Shown here: positions 12,923 to 24,422 of the stretch, in pieces | How positions within the stretch are numbered: the stretch's first letter is position 1 | Layout: each line of letters begins with the position of its first letter | Source of the DNA: an uncultured delta proteobacterium | Lineage (GTDB): Bacteria; Myxococcota_A; Polyangia; Polyangiales; Houyiibacteriaceae | Direction of reading: 5' to 3' | Length of the DNA: 64,000 nt | Assembly (NCBI GenBank): GCA_963699755.1 | Contig: CAVOVB010000006.1 | Location: 89,081 to 153,080, forward strand | Notes under the pieces: model-generated | Databases searched by the model: none | What the model was told of the DNA's origin: nothing | What the model saw: only the letters and a program-made list of their open reading frames with translations | Program-made: the position numbers and the translations under genes

Positions 12923-14473
12923 ATGACAGAGATCAAACGCGCACTGATATCGGTCTCCGACAAGACGGGCGTCCTCGAGTTCGCCAAGGGGCTCTCCGAA
13001 GCTGGCGTCGAGATACTGTCTACTGGCGGCACCGCCCAGGCGCTTCGCGAAGGCGGAGTTTCGGTCATCGACGTCTCGGAGTACACCGGGTCGCCCGAGA
13101 TCATGGACGGTCGCGTCAAGACCCTGCATCCGCGAGTCCATGGCGGGATCCTCATGCGTGATAGCAGCGAGGATCGCGATGCCCTCGGCGGCATTGGCGG
13201 CAAGCCGATCGATCTGGTCTGCGTCAATCTCTATCCCTTCGAGCAGACGGTCGCGCGAGGAGCGTCTCATGAAGAGACCATCGAAAACATCGACATCGGC
13301 GGCCCGTCGATGGTGCGAAGCGCCGCCAAGAATCAGGCGCGCGTCACGGTGGTCACCGAGCCCGGCGACTACGACGAGGTGCTCGCCGCCGTGAAATCCG
13401 GTGACGGCCCGAACGCTTCACTGCGCGCGCGGCTTGCCGCCAAGGCCTTCGCCCAAACTGCGGCCTATGACGGTGCCATCTCGGCCTACCTGACCTCTCA
13501 GGGCAGCGATTCCAAGTTCCCTGGTGCGCTGACCTTGAGCTTCATCAAGGCCTACGATGTTCGCTACGGTGAAAACCCGCACCAGCAGGGCGCCTTCTAC
13601 GTCGAGCGCAATGCTCCTGCAGGAAGCTTGGCCTTGGCGGAGTCACTTGGCGCAGGCGGTAAGGAGCTCTCGTTCAACAACTTGGTCGACGTCGACGCCA
13701 CCATCGAGGCGGTGCGCGAGTTCGAAGGGCCTGCCGCGGTCGTCGTGAAGCACACCAACCCCTGCGGCGTCGCAACCGCTGCGACCCTCGAAGAGGCATA
13801 TCGCATCGCCCGCGAGGCCGACGCACAGAGCGCCTTTGGCGGAATCGTTGCCGTGAACCGCGAGGTCGACCAGGCGACGGCCGACGCGGTCGCCGAGACC
13901 TTCATCGAGTGCATCATCGCCCCTAGTTTCGCGCCTGCCGCGCTCGACCGGCTCCAGAAGAAGAAGAACCTTCGCATCCTCGCGACGGGCGAATGGCTCC
14001 GAGCGGACTATGCGGCGCTCCAGTTCAAGAGAGTTGGTGGTGGCATGGTGGTTCAGGATCGCGACGCAACCGGGCCGAGCGAGGTTCGCGCTGGGAGGGT
14101 GGTTACCAAGCGTCAGCCGACCGACGACGAGATGCGCGCGCTCGACTTCGCATGGCGCGTTTGCAAGCACGTCAAGTCGAACGCGATCGTCTTCGCCAAG
14201 CCCGACCGGACGGTGGGCGTGGGCGCCGGCCAGATGGCCCGCGTGACCGCGGTTGGAATTGCAGCACAGAAGGCGGGCGAGCTCTCCAAGGGCGCCGTCA
14301 TGGCCTCAGACGCATTCTTTCCCTTCCCGGACGGCATCGAAGCCGCCGCCGCAGTAGGCATTACCGCGATTGTTCACCCCGGCGGCTCCAAAGGCGACGA
14401 CAAAGTCGTCGCCGCAGCCGACGCCGCCGACATGGCAATGGTCTTTACCGGCGTTCGTCACTTCCGGCACTGA
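12923..14473 (+). CDS. purH: Bifunctional AICAR transformylase/IMP cyclohydrolase
   Basis: RALISVSDKTG, GRVKTLHP, IDIGGPSM, RYGENPHQ, KHTNPCG and ASDAFFPF. Start set at ATG 12923. Confidence 0.97.
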   Translation: MTEIKRALISVSDKTGVLEFAKGLSEAGVEILSTGGTAQALREGGVSVIDVSEYTGSPEIMDGRVKTLHPRVHGGILMRDSSEDRDALGGIGGKPIDLVCVNLYPFEQTVARGASHEETIENIDIGGPSMVRSAAKNQARVTVVTEPGDYDEVLAAVKSGDGPNASLRARLAAKAFAQTAAYDGAISAYLTSQGSDSKFPGALTLSFIKAYDVRYGENPHQQGAFYVERNAPAGSLALAESLGAGGKELSFNNLVDVDATIEAVREFEGPAAVVVKHTNPCGVATAATLEEAYRIAREADAQSAFGGIVAVNREVDQATADAVAETFIECIIAPSFAPAALDRLQKKKNLRILATGEWLRADYAALQFKRVGGGMVVQDRDATGPSEVRAGRVVTKRQPTDDEMRALDFAWRVCKHVKSNAIVFAKPDRTVGVGAGQMARVTAVGIAAQKAGELSKGAVMASDAFFPFPDGIEAAAAVGITAIVHPGGSKGDDKVVAAADAADMAMVFTGVRHFRH

Positions 14474-14475
14474 CG

Positions 14476-15744
14476 ATGCGTATTCTCATCGTTGGAGGAG
14501 GAGGGCGTGAACACGCTCTTGCATGGCGTCTGTCCCAAGATGCGGGAGTCGAAATCATTGGCGCGCCAGGCAACGCAGGCATTGCTGCCATCGGCCGCAC
14601 GGTCGCCGTGGACCCGACCGACGCCGAGGAAGTCGTCGCGCTCGCCAAGCGAGAGTCAGCAGACTTGGTGGTCATCGGACCTGAAGCCCCACTGGTCGCC
14701 GGCGTCGTCGATGCGCTTCGAGACAATGGCATCGATGCCTTTGGTCCCGATCGTGAGGCCGCGCAGCTCGAAGGCTCCAAGATCTTCTCTAAGGAGTTCA
14801 TGGCGCGCCACGAGATTCCGACCGCAGGCTTCACCGTCTTCGATGATCCGGATGCGGCGACGCGGTACATCGAGGATGCGAACCGTCCACTGGTCGTGAA
14901 GGCGGACGGCTTGGCTGCAGGCAAGGGAGTGATCGTCGCCAGAAACGCGGCAGAAGCCATTGCGGGCGTCGACCAAATCATGCGTGAGCGCGCCTTTGGC
15001 GATGCGGGCGATCGCGTCCTGATCGAGGAGTGCCTCGTCGGTCAGGAGGTGAGCTACCACGTCGTGTCCGATGGCGAGCGATTCATTCCTTTGGCTCCGG
15101 CTCAAGATCACAAGCGCGCCTTCGACGGCGACAGGGGCCCCAATACGGGAGGAATGGGCGCTTACTCGCCGCCGCCCGTCGTTACGCCCGATGTTGAGCA
15201 GAAGATCCTCGACCGGGTCATCGAGCCGACGCTGCGTGGCATGGCAGCCGAAGGGCGTCCGTTCCGCGGCGCGCTCTTCGTGGGGTTGATGATCGTGGAC
15301 GGCGAGCCCCTGGTCCTCGAATACAACACGCGCTTCGGCGACCCCGAGTGCCAGACTCTGATGACTCGCTGGAAGGGCTCGGTCCTGCCGCTCATTCAAG
15401 GGTCGGCGCGTGGTGATTTTCGAGACCTCGCGCTTGAGTGGGAGGCCCCTGCTTCGCTCTGCGTCGTGCTGGCTGCGGGCGGGTACCCGGGCAGCTACGA
15501 AAAGGGAACACCCATCCACGGCCTCGATGAAGCGTCGGCGATCCCACAGGTTACGGTGTTCCATGCGGGCACCGCGCTCGAGGGCGATGCGGTGGTCACC
15601 GCGGGTGGACGGGTGCTCTCGGTCACGGCCGTCGGCGAAACCATCGACGCAGCGGCCCAACGCGCCTATGAAGCCGTCGACAAGATCGATTTCGAAGGCA
15701 AGCAGCTCCGCCGGGACATCGGCTGGCGGGCCCGCAGCCATTGA
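14476..15744 (+). CDS. purD: Phosphoribosylamine-glycine ligase
   Basis: MRILIVGGGGREHAL, KADGLAAGKGV, GPNTGGMGAY and RFGDPE; ATG 2 nt after the purH stop. Confidence 0.97.
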   Translation: MRILIVGGGGREHALAWRLSQDAGVEIIGAPGNAGIAAIGRTVAVDPTDAEEVVALAKRESADLVVIGPEAPLVAGVVDALRDNGIDAFGPDREAAQLEGSKIFSKEFMARHEIPTAGFTVFDDPDAATRYIEDANRPLVVKADGLAAGKGVIVARNAAEAIAGVDQIMRERAFGDAGDRVLIEECLVGQEVSYHVVSDGERFIPLAPAQDHKRAFDGDRGPNTGGMGAYSPPPVVTPDVEQKILDRVIEPTLRGMAAEGRPFRGALFVGLMIVDGEPLVLEYNTRFGDPECQTLMTRWKGSVLPLIQGSARGDFRDLALEWEAPASLCVVLAAGGYPGSYEKGTPIHGLDEASAIPQVTVFHAGTALEGDAVVTAGGRVLSVTAVGETIDAAAQRAYEAVDKIDFEGKQLRRDIGWRARSH

Positions 15745-16322
15745 TGGACGAGCTTGCCATGCTCGTGCGGGTTCTCGAGCGGGGCGGTGTCGTTGCCTGT
15801 CCGACCGAAACCTGGCTCGGCCTTCTCGCCGACGCGCAAAACGAAGAGGCGGTCGAACGGGTCGCTGCGCTCAAGGGACGGCCTGCCGATATGCCGATCG
15901 CTTTGCTTTTGCCGGATATGGCTTCGCTGGCGCGGGTCGCGGAGCCCCCGTCACCAGCGGCTCGGGCGCTCATGCTCGCTCATTGGCCCGGCCCGTTGAC
16001 GATACTCCTAACGGTGAAGCCCGGCTTGAGCCCGCGCCTGAGCCGTGACGGCAAGATCGGCGTTCGAGTCCCCGGCCGTAGTCCGGCAGCAGAGCTGGTG
16101 CGGGCGTTCGGTCGTCCCCTGACCGCGACCAGCGCCAACAGGACTGGAGAGCCGCCGCTCGCAAGCGTCGACGAGCTGCCCCCCGAGCTCGCGGCGGGGC
16201 TCGGGGGGCGGGTAGCCGGTACTTCCCCTGGAGGCGCCCCGTCGACTTTGATCGACTCTACTCGGACCCCGATGGAGGTCATCCGAGCGGGCGCGATCGA
16301 CATCGACCCAACTGCTCTTTGA
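15744..16322 (+). CDS. tsaC: L-threonylcarbamoyladenylate synthase (TsaC/YrdC)
   Basis: PTET..GL, KGRP, WPGPLT, IGVRVP, TSAN and PST motifs. Confidence 0.87.
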   Translation: MDELAMLVRVLERGGVVACPTETWLGLLADAQNEEAVERVAALKGRPADMPIALLLPDMASLARVAEPPSPAARALMLAHWPGPLTILLTVKPGLSPRLSRDGKIGVRVPGRSPAAELVRAFGRPLTATSANRTGEPPLASVDELPPELAAGLGGRVAGTSPGGAPSTLIDSTRTPMEVIRAGAIDIDPTAL

Positions 16323-16365
16323 CAGAGGCGGGGATGCTGCGTCACTCTTCGCCAACGGAGGACCG

Positions 16366-16629
16366 ATGGCGCTGATCGAAACCCAGGAAGCCGCACGTCG
16401 CTTGGCACGAGCGATCTCGAGTGACCTTGCTCTCTACAATGAAGACAAGATCGCCGAGGGCATTCGCAACGACAGTCTTTTCGAAGTGATGGCGGAGGAA
16501 ATTCAGGAGGGACGCGACCTTTACCAGAGCCGCGTCGCGCCCGAGCTGCTGGGGTGCAACCTCTACGATCGCGCGATCATCGATCTTCTCGTCCGCTCCA
16601 AGGCCCACGTCGAATCGCCGATCTGGTAG
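16366..16629 (+). CDS. Small helical hypothetical protein (87 aa)
   Basis: Strong SD (GGAGG) and protein-like amphipathic sequence ARRLARAISSDLALYN. Confidence 0.75.
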   Translation: MALIETQEAARRLARAISSDLALYNEDKIAEGIRNDSLFEVMAEEIQEGRDLYQSRVAPELLGCNLYDRAIIDLLVRSKAHVESPIW

Positions 16630-16642
16630 GCCGACGATCACG

Positions 16643-17364
16643 ATGACCCCCCTCCATATCAGGCGGCTGGCCGGGGCTGCCTGCTTTGTTTTCGTCTTTT
16701 TTGTTCGGCCTCCGGGTGCAACGATGAGGCCAGTCCGACTGCTGGTACCGGGGGTACGGCTGGGACTGCTGGGATAGGCGGCGACGGAGGCAAGGGGGGC
16801 ATGGAGCCCCCTCAGATCGTCGGGCTTTGGGAGGGTCACAACGTTGGGGTCGACGTCTGCTTTTACATCAGCGACGACGGTCTGACCCTCACCAAGAACC
16901 TCGACTGCAGCCTCAGCGAAGATTCGGAGCACTCCTTTGACCTGGGCGCGGACCTCGGCGGAATCGACGAGAACGGGCAACCCTGCAGCTTCGAGCTTCG
17001 CTACGACGAAGAGGTCGCGATCGATCAGGACCGGAATTCCTTTCGCGCATCCATCGTGGAGCCGCCGGGCAGCGGTGTCACGCTTTCGTTCTCGGGGGAG
17101 CTCGTAGGGGAAGTCGCCTCGGGCACCGCGCAAAGAGAAGAGGGCGGTTCGTTTTGCCGCGCAGGGTGGGGGGCGTCGCCATCGAGTGAATGCGACGATG
17201 GGGCACGGGACACCTGTCTCAACCTCCTCGACTGCTGTAGGGCGATTCTCGTCAACCCGGTCTTCTTCCAGAGCTGCCAGTCGGTCGCGGATGCATGTGA
17301 CGAAAGGCGCTGCCAGGAGCTCCTCGATGGCTATCCGCAGTGCGAGCCCGCGCCGGAGCCCTAG
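16643..17364 (+). pseudogene. Cys-rich lipoprotein with apparent frameshift in its signal peptide
   Basis: The signal peptide from ATG 16643 is in a different frame from the lipobox ASGC, Gly-rich linker and 16801-17364 ORF. One extra T in the T6 run (16697-16702) would join them. Confidence 0.6.
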
Positions 17365-17376
17365 TCTCGGCGCCCG

Positions 17377-18327
17377 CTACTCGCCACGGAGTGAGTGCAA
17401 CGCCTGCTGGAAATCCTCGGGAGGCTCGGTCTCGAAGCGCATAGGCTCGCCACTGATCGGATGGGCGAAGGCAAGCACGGCAGCGTGAAGCGCTTGGCGG
17501 CCCAACTCGGCCGACACCCCACGTAGCTTCGGGTCAGCGATCGACCGTCCGTAAAGCGGATCGCCGAGAACCGGATGTCCGTGCTCGGCGAGATGTAGCC
17601 GAATCTGATGAGTGCGCCCTGTCTCGAGACGGCAACGAACCAAGGCGCTTCCGTGCAAAAGCTCGATCAATTCTAGATTTGTCACCGCTCTGCGACCCCG
17701 GTCGCCGCGCGAGGTAAACTTCTTTCGATTCGCCGGGTGTCGCCCATGGAACGTGTCGTAGCGGATTGCCGCGGGCGGTCTCCCGAGCGCGATCGCCAGA
17801 TAAGCCCGCTCCAGGCTGTGCTGCTGAAACATCTCGACCAGTCGTTCATGGGCCTGGGCGCTTTTCGCGACGACCATCACGCCACTGGTGTCCTTGTCGA
17901 GTCGATGGACGATGCCGGGACGCAGCGGGTCTGCGCCGCCCTGCACCTTGGCGTGATGCAGCAGAGCGTTGACCAAGGTGCCATCCGGATGGCCGGGAGC
18001 GGGGTGCACCACCAGGCCAGCGGGCTTGTCGAGGACGACCAGATGCTCATCCTCGAACAGTACCCCGAGCGGAATCGCCTGGGGTTCGGCGCTCAGCGCC
18101 TCCGGCGGGGCAGGGTGAATCAAGACCTCGGCCCCCTCCACCGCCTTGGTCTTCCGCGAGACGACCTCGCCGGCTTGCTCGACCCTCCCCTGCTCGATCC
18201 AGCGTTGCAACGCGCTTCGCGAAAACTCCGGGCAGCGACGAGCCAGGACGCGATCGATCCGCTCCCCCGCGTCGTCCTCGGAGAGCGTGATCGTGAGCAC
18301 CGTCGGCGTAGGCGCCGATTCCGACAT
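17377..18327 (-). CDS. rluD: RluA-family pseudouridine synthase with S4 domain (RluD-like)
   Basis: S4-like N-terminus, KPAGLVVHP, GIVHRLDKDTSG, LETGRTHQIR and GDPLYG. Confidence 0.88.
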   Translation of the reverse strand: MSESAPTPTVLTITLSEDDAGERIDRVLARRCPEFSRSALQRWIEQGRVEQAGEVVSRKTKAVEGAEVLIHPAPPEALSAEPQAIPLGVLFEDEHLVVLDKPAGLVVHPAPGHPDGTLVNALLHHAKVQGGADPLRPGIVHRLDKDTSGVMVVAKSAQAHERLVEMFQQHSLERAYLAIALGRPPAAIRYDTFHGRHPANRKKFTSRGDRGRRAVTNLELIELLHGSALVRCRLETGRTHQIRLHLAEHGHPVLGDPLYGRSIADPKLRGVSAELGRQALHAAVLAFAHPISGEPMRFETEPPEDFQQALHSLRGE

Positions 18328-18330
18328 CTC

Positions 18331-18978
18331 TTATTTGAGTCTCTCGATGAGCTGATGGGCGTTGGTCTGCATGTCGATGTTGCGGAAGACGCAGATGCCC
18401 AGCTCGGGATCGAGGCTGTTGCAGTGTTCGGCGATTTTCGCGACCGACGCCTCATCGTAGCGCGACCGATGACCCGCCGGCCCCGGAAGGCGGAGATAGA
18501 CCATCTTCGCTGTTGGGGGCGGGTCGTCGCTGAGTGGGTCGTAGGCGGCAATCGCAGGCCGGTCGCCGCAGGCGGCAGCGATGTCGCTTGGCTTCCAGGC
18601 CTCGAAATCGAAGACGACCGGAGGCATGTTCGACGGAAGAAAACCTAAAAACGCTCGAAGAGCGGCTCGGTTCGCCTTGCCATGCTTGAATGTTTCGTCC
18701 GCGTGAAAAACGATCGCCTTCGCGTTGAGGTCGCTGGCCAGAGCCGCCACGTCCTCGCAGGTCGCCTTGTTCTCTTTGGTGCGCCGGAAGCCGGATTCGC
18801 TCACCGATGCAGGCGCCACGACGGTGAACAGAAAGCCTTCGGGGGCTTCTCGAATCCAGCGCCGCACCGTACCGGCGCCTGGAATGGCGATCTCGGTGTC
18901 TGAGATTTCCACCGCATCAAACTCCCGCCAGTATCGGCTGACCGGCACGGGGAAACCGGAGCACGCGACCACAAACAT
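18331..18978 (-). CDS. DUF72-like protein
   Basis: ACSGF..Y...FDAVEI, W...PEGFLFTV, YLRLPG and YDE pattern. Confidence 0.7.
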   Translation of the reverse strand: MFVVACSGFPVPVSRYWREFDAVEISDTEIAIPGAGTVRRWIREAPEGFLFTVVAPASVSESGFRRTKENKATCEDVAALASDLNAKAIVFHADETFKHGKANRAALRAFLGFLPSNMPPVVFDFEAWKPSDIAAACGDRPAIAAYDPLSDDPPPTAKMVYLRLPGPAGHRSRYDEASVAKIAEHCNSLDPELGICVFRNIDMQTNAHQLIERLK

Positions 18979-19077
18979 TGCGCGTGAGTATACAAGCTTT
19001 GGCGCAGAAGGCCCGGGCTGACTCCGTCATTGCCGGGAATTCATGCATTTCGCTGCGGCTCTGATAGGATCTCCGCC

Positions 19078-20457
19078 GTGTCTGATTTCGGCTTCGACGC
19101 CTATGCGCTCGACGATCTGGATACCTCCGGGCAGCCGCATCCGTTGGAGATCGCACGCGATCTGATCGCGAGCGGCAAAGCGCGAGCGGCCCTCGATCTC
19201 CTGAGCGCTCACCACGCTCAGCTGAGGGACGACCCCGAGTACCTGCTACTCTGTTCGGCGGCCTGGTGGGCGGATGGCGACACGCTCCGCGCGCAGCAGG
19301 CGTTGCAGGGAGCCGCTCGCGTCGCCCCCGACGATCCGAGACCCCTCCAAGGGCTCGGCGAGCTCTTGGCTGAGCGGGGCGAACACGACAGGGCCGAACG
19401 GCTGTTTGCGAAGGCCCGAGCGCTCGAGGTCCAGGCGATCGAGAGCGAGGGGACGCTCCGTGAAATGGGACCCGACGCGGAAGAGGATTTGATCGCTTTC
19501 GCGGAGAGGCGAGAGCGAAAGACGCACAAGGCACTCACACCGCGTCAGGCCTTGCTCGGCACGGTGGCCCTCTCGGTGCTTGCACTTCTGGTCGCGGGCA
19601 TCGTCTTCCTCACGTCTCCGCGGGAAGCGACTTCGCCGCCAAGGGGCGTCTCCCATTCTCAGACGGCGACCCTTGTCGACGAACCTCCCGCTTCGGAGCT
19701 CGCTGAGGAGCCCGAGGCGCCGCCGCCGATCGCCGCAGTGGAGCAGATCGAAGCGCCCGCGGAGGTCGCCGAGCCCGAGAACCTCGTGGCGGCAGAGATC
19801 CGCACGCCCGAGGAGACCGAGCCTCCGAAGCCCAGGACATGGGCACGCAAATCGGCTTCGGCGGCCCCATCGCGAGAAGCAAAGCACGCTCCACGTACCC
19901 CGGCTCCCGCGGGGGCGTCGCGCCAAGCGGCCGCGTCTGAGCCCGATCCGCCTCCGAGCGACGCCGTCGTTCAATCGGAGCTGGCCTCGATGGATCCCCA
20001 GCAGCTCACGCTTCGTGCCGACGAGCTCTATGCTCGGGGGCACTCGAGCTTGGCCGCAGGCTACTACCGGCGCGCTCTCGAGATCGATCCCGATTACGCG
20101 CCCGCCCTCGTGGGCGTGGGCCGGGGTATCCTGCGCGCCAAGAAATACTCCGATGCGATGGAGAACGCGACCCGTGCGTTGCAGCTCGCTCGTGGTGTCG
20201 ACGCGCGTCCTGGACTCGAAGCCGCAGCGATCTATCAGATGGGCCGGGTCCACTATGAGCGGCGGGAGATGGATGCAGCGCGTCGTTTGTTCCGGCAGTC
20301 GATTTCCCTGCCCGCTGCGCCTGCGGAGGCCTGGTTCTACCTCGGCGAGGCGCTTTCGAGCGAGAACAGCCCTGCGGCTCGACAAGCCTACGAGAAGTAT
20401 CTGGAGCTCGTTCCGACGGGCTCCTTGTCAGATCGGGCCCGTCGAGCAATTCGGTAG
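19078..20457 (+). CDS. Bitopic TPR-repeat protein
   Basis: N-terminal TPRs, one TM helix, a Pro/Ala/Glu linker and C-terminal TPRs. Confidence 0.8.
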   Translation: MSDFGFDAYALDDLDTSGQPHPLEIARDLIASGKARAALDLLSAHHAQLRDDPEYLLLCSAAWWADGDTLRAQQALQGAARVAPDDPRPLQGLGELLAERGEHDRAERLFAKARALEVQAIESEGTLREMGPDAEEDLIAFAERRERKTHKALTPRQALLGTVALSVLALLVAGIVFLTSPREATSPPRGVSHSQTATLVDEPPASELAEEPEAPPPIAAVEQIEAPAEVAEPENLVAAEIRTPEETEPPKPRTWARKSASAAPSREAKHAPRTPAPAGASRQAAASEPDPPPSDAVVQSELASMDPQQLTLRADELYARGHSSLAAGYYRRALEIDPDYAPALVGVGRGILRAKKYSDAMENATRALQLARGVDARPGLEAAAIYQMGRVHYERREMDAARRLFRQSISLPAAPAEAWFYLGEALSSENSPAARQAYEKYLELVPTGSLSDRARRAIR

Positions 20458-20469
20458 TATGCTCAGCCG

Positions 20470-20790
20470 ATGCCCAAGAAATCGCATGACCGCCGCCAGG
20501 CGCGCAAAGAGCGGGCCAAAGAGGCGAAAGAAGCCAAGCGAGCAGCGGAAGCACGCGAGCAGCAGCGTCGCCGTTTGCAAATGCGTGTTTCGGCGGCCGT
20601 CGCCGTAATGACGCTGGCAGTTGCTGGCCTTTGCTACTGGGTCTTCGACAATCGACAACTGATGGGCATCACGCTCCTCGTCGGAGGGGTGTTGTTCCTG
20701 GTACTCGCGCTCGGGACCTTGGCCGCGGGTGTGCAGCCACGTGATCGGACGCGTGCAGGCTCCATCGACTACGGCAACCGTGACAGATGA
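20470..20790 (+). CDS. Small membrane protein (charged N-terminus, 2 TM)
   Basis: 106 aa ORF between two TPR genes; basic coiled N-terminus and two hydrophobic helices. Confidence 0.7.
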   Translation: MPKKSHDRRQARKERAKEAKEAKRAAEAREQQRRRLQMRVSAAVAVMTLAVAGLCYWVFDNRQLMGITLLVGGVLFLVLALGTLAAGVQPRDRTRAGSIDYGNRDR

Positions 20791-21316
20791 GACTTCCGTG
20801 GACGACGTGCAATCCGAGCGCTGGGAAGCCGTCGAAGAAGGCATGGAGCTCTTGCATGCGGGGGAGACGGATCTGGCGATCGACGAGCTCTTGCGCGTTG
20901 CGCGCAATGATCCCCACAATGAGTATGCCTTCAACTTCCTGGGTCATGCCTATTTCGACAAGGAAGCCTATCCGGAGGCGCTCAAGAGTTACGTCGAAGC
21001 ACTACGCCTGGCGCCAGATTACGTCGGCGCCATGCTAGGCGCCGGGCAGACGCTTCGGATGATGGGCGAATACGACCGCGCGATCCGGATGGGTCAGCGC
21101 GTCCTTCAATGCCGGGAAGACGACGGTGACGGCTTGTTCCTCGTGGGCGCAGCGCACTTCCAAAAAGGCGAGAATCAAGCTGCGAAGCGCTACCTCGAGC
21201 GCTTTCTAAGGACCAGCCCCGAGCTGGAAGTTGCCCTGGAAGTCGAAGGTATGCTGCAGGTCATCCGCGGTGAGGTCTTGCCTTTTCCAGGCGCGGAGGA
21301 CACGGTAGAGAACTAG
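20780..21316 (+). CDS. TPR-repeat protein
   Basis: TPR consensus (AFNFLGHAYF, ALRLAPDY, LFLVGAAHF); GTG start at 20780 inferred. Confidence 0.82.
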   Translation: MTDETSVDDVQSERWEAVEEGMELLHAGETDLAIDELLRVARNDPHNEYAFNFLGHAYFDKEAYPEALKSYVEALRLAPDYVGAMLGAGQTLRMMGEYDRAIRMGQRVLQCREDDGDGLFLVGAAHFQKGENQAAKRYLERFLRTSPELEVALEVEGMLQVIRGEVLPFPGAEDTVEN

Positions 21317-21328
21317 CAGGAGGTAGCC

Positions 21329-23041
<1,713 letters not shown>

Positions 23042-23096
23042 GTCGGCCAGAGCTCGACCTAGCGCGAGCTTCCGAGCAGCGTAGGGTTTCCGAGGC

Positions 23097-23119
23097 CTGC
23101 GGCTGGGGTTCAGCCGCAG
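23097..23119. terminator. Perfect 9-bp hairpin between convergent genes
   Basis: CTGCGGCTG-GGGTT-CAGCCGCAG; a second hairpin TAGGTCG/CGACCTA at 23039-23061. No U-tract. Confidence 0.45.
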
Positions 23120-23164
23120 TGTAGCACCAGCGCCAGTTGCTCCGCCCGCAGGTGACAGTGCGGA

Positions 23165-23617
23165 TCAGGACCCAGTCATCCGGAGCCACATCGCGACTAG
23201 CATTGCGGCGACCATCAGGGCGAGGGCCAAGGTGCCGACGGTGTCTTCGACTCGCTTTCGGCGCTCGCGGTCGTCGCGCCGACCAGGGGCCGCTGGCTCG
23301 CGAACCGCCGCCTCTGACGGCAGGGGAGCAGGCGGCGGTAGCGGCCGATCAAGGATCGGATCGGGGAGGGTGGGAGCTGCATTGACCACTTCGCTCCACT
23401 GCACTTGGCGTGGCCGCCGCCTGTGGACAACGTTACCACCATCCACCTCGCCGATGTCACCAGGATCGGGCGCCGCGGGCCTGACCACACGCACCACCTT
23501 GGTTGTGGTTTCTCTGCGCTTTTTCCGGAAATGACTCGGTCGGCGTCTTGCCTTTCCGGGGAGCTCCGGTTTGTCTTCGGGGTGCGGCACGGGTCTTTGT
23601 CTCTCCACCGCCCCCAT
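23165..23617 (-). CDS. Hypothetical Pro/Arg-rich protein with C-terminal TM helix
   Basis: Fills the gap between genes; hydrophobic C-terminal anchor. Start uncertain. Confidence 0.5.
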   Translation of the reverse strand: MGAVERQRPVPHPEDKPELPGKARRRPSHFRKKRRETTTKVVRVVRPAAPDPGDIGEVDGGNVVHRRRPRQVQWSEVVNAAPTLPDPILDRPLPPPAPLPSEAAVREPAAPGRRDDRERRKRVEDTVGTLALALMVAAMLVAMWLRMTGS

Positions 23618-23701
23618 CGGCTTCGCTTCCGAGTATACCGTTCAATTGTTCAGTGTCATCGGGGAGCTCGACTTTTCGAGACTTTGCTTACAATTCGGCG
23701 C

Positions 23702-24412
23702 ATGGACTGGACCGACGCAGCAGAGTTGATCGATGGCGACCTCAAGGGTCCTTTGGTGTTCACCTGCGAGCACGCGTCCGCGGAGCTTCCCGATCCTTGG
23801 ATCTGGCCAGGCGAAGATCGCTGGCTCGTCGAGACGCACTGGGCGAGCGACATCGGTGCCGCCGCCTTCACGCGAAGAGTTGCCGCGCGCACGAACGCGC
23901 CAGCGGTGCTCTCGCGCTTCTCGCGGCTTCTGATCGATCCAAACAGGCCGCTCGAGTCCGATACCTTGTTTCGGGAGAACGCCGAGGGCAGAACGGTCCA
24001 CTTGAACGAAGCCCTGCTCGAGGCAGAGCGAGCGCGCCGAATCGATCGTTTCTATCACCCCTATCACGCAGCGGTCAGCTCGATCGTGGAGGAGAGCGCC
24101 TGCGACACCGTGTTCTCCATCCACACTTTCACCGACGACTATGAAGGTGAGAAGAGGGTCTTGGAGATTGGTGTCTTGTTCGATGAGGACGAGGAGCTCG
24201 CGTACAGACTCGTGCGCCACCTCGCGGATGCAGGTTTTCAGGTTGCGCCGAACGAGCCCTGGTCTGGCAAGCTCGGCCTCGCGTATTCGCCAGTGCGCCA
24301 TGCCCAGGAATTTGGACGTTGTGCGCTCGAAATCGAGGCGCGCCAAGACCTGATCGTCGAGGAGTCGTTCGCAGCTCGGCTTGCGGAAGCGCTTGCGAGC
24401 TTCTTCGCCTAG
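23702..24412 (+). CDS. N-formylglutamate amidohydrolase family protein
   Basis: TCEHAS, HWASDIGA, SRLLIDPNR, FYHPYH, SIHTFT, NEPW and EIEARQDL motifs. Confidence 0.88.
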   Translation: MDWTDAAELIDGDLKGPLVFTCEHASAELPDPWIWPGEDRWLVETHWASDIGAAAFTRRVAARTNAPAVLSRFSRLLIDPNRPLESDTLFRENAEGRTVHLNEALLEAERARRIDRFYHPYHAAVSSIVEESACDTVFSIHTFTDDYEGEKRVLEIGVLFDEDEELAYRLVRHLADAGFQVAPNEPWSGKLGLAYSPVRHAQEFGRCALEIEARQDLIVEESFAARLAEALASFFA

Positions 24413-24422
24413 GCTTGGCTTC

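Noticed and set aside
13993..14475. N-terminal extension of purD in the ORF track
   Set aside because: It overlaps purH in another frame; the PurD motif begins at ATG 14476.
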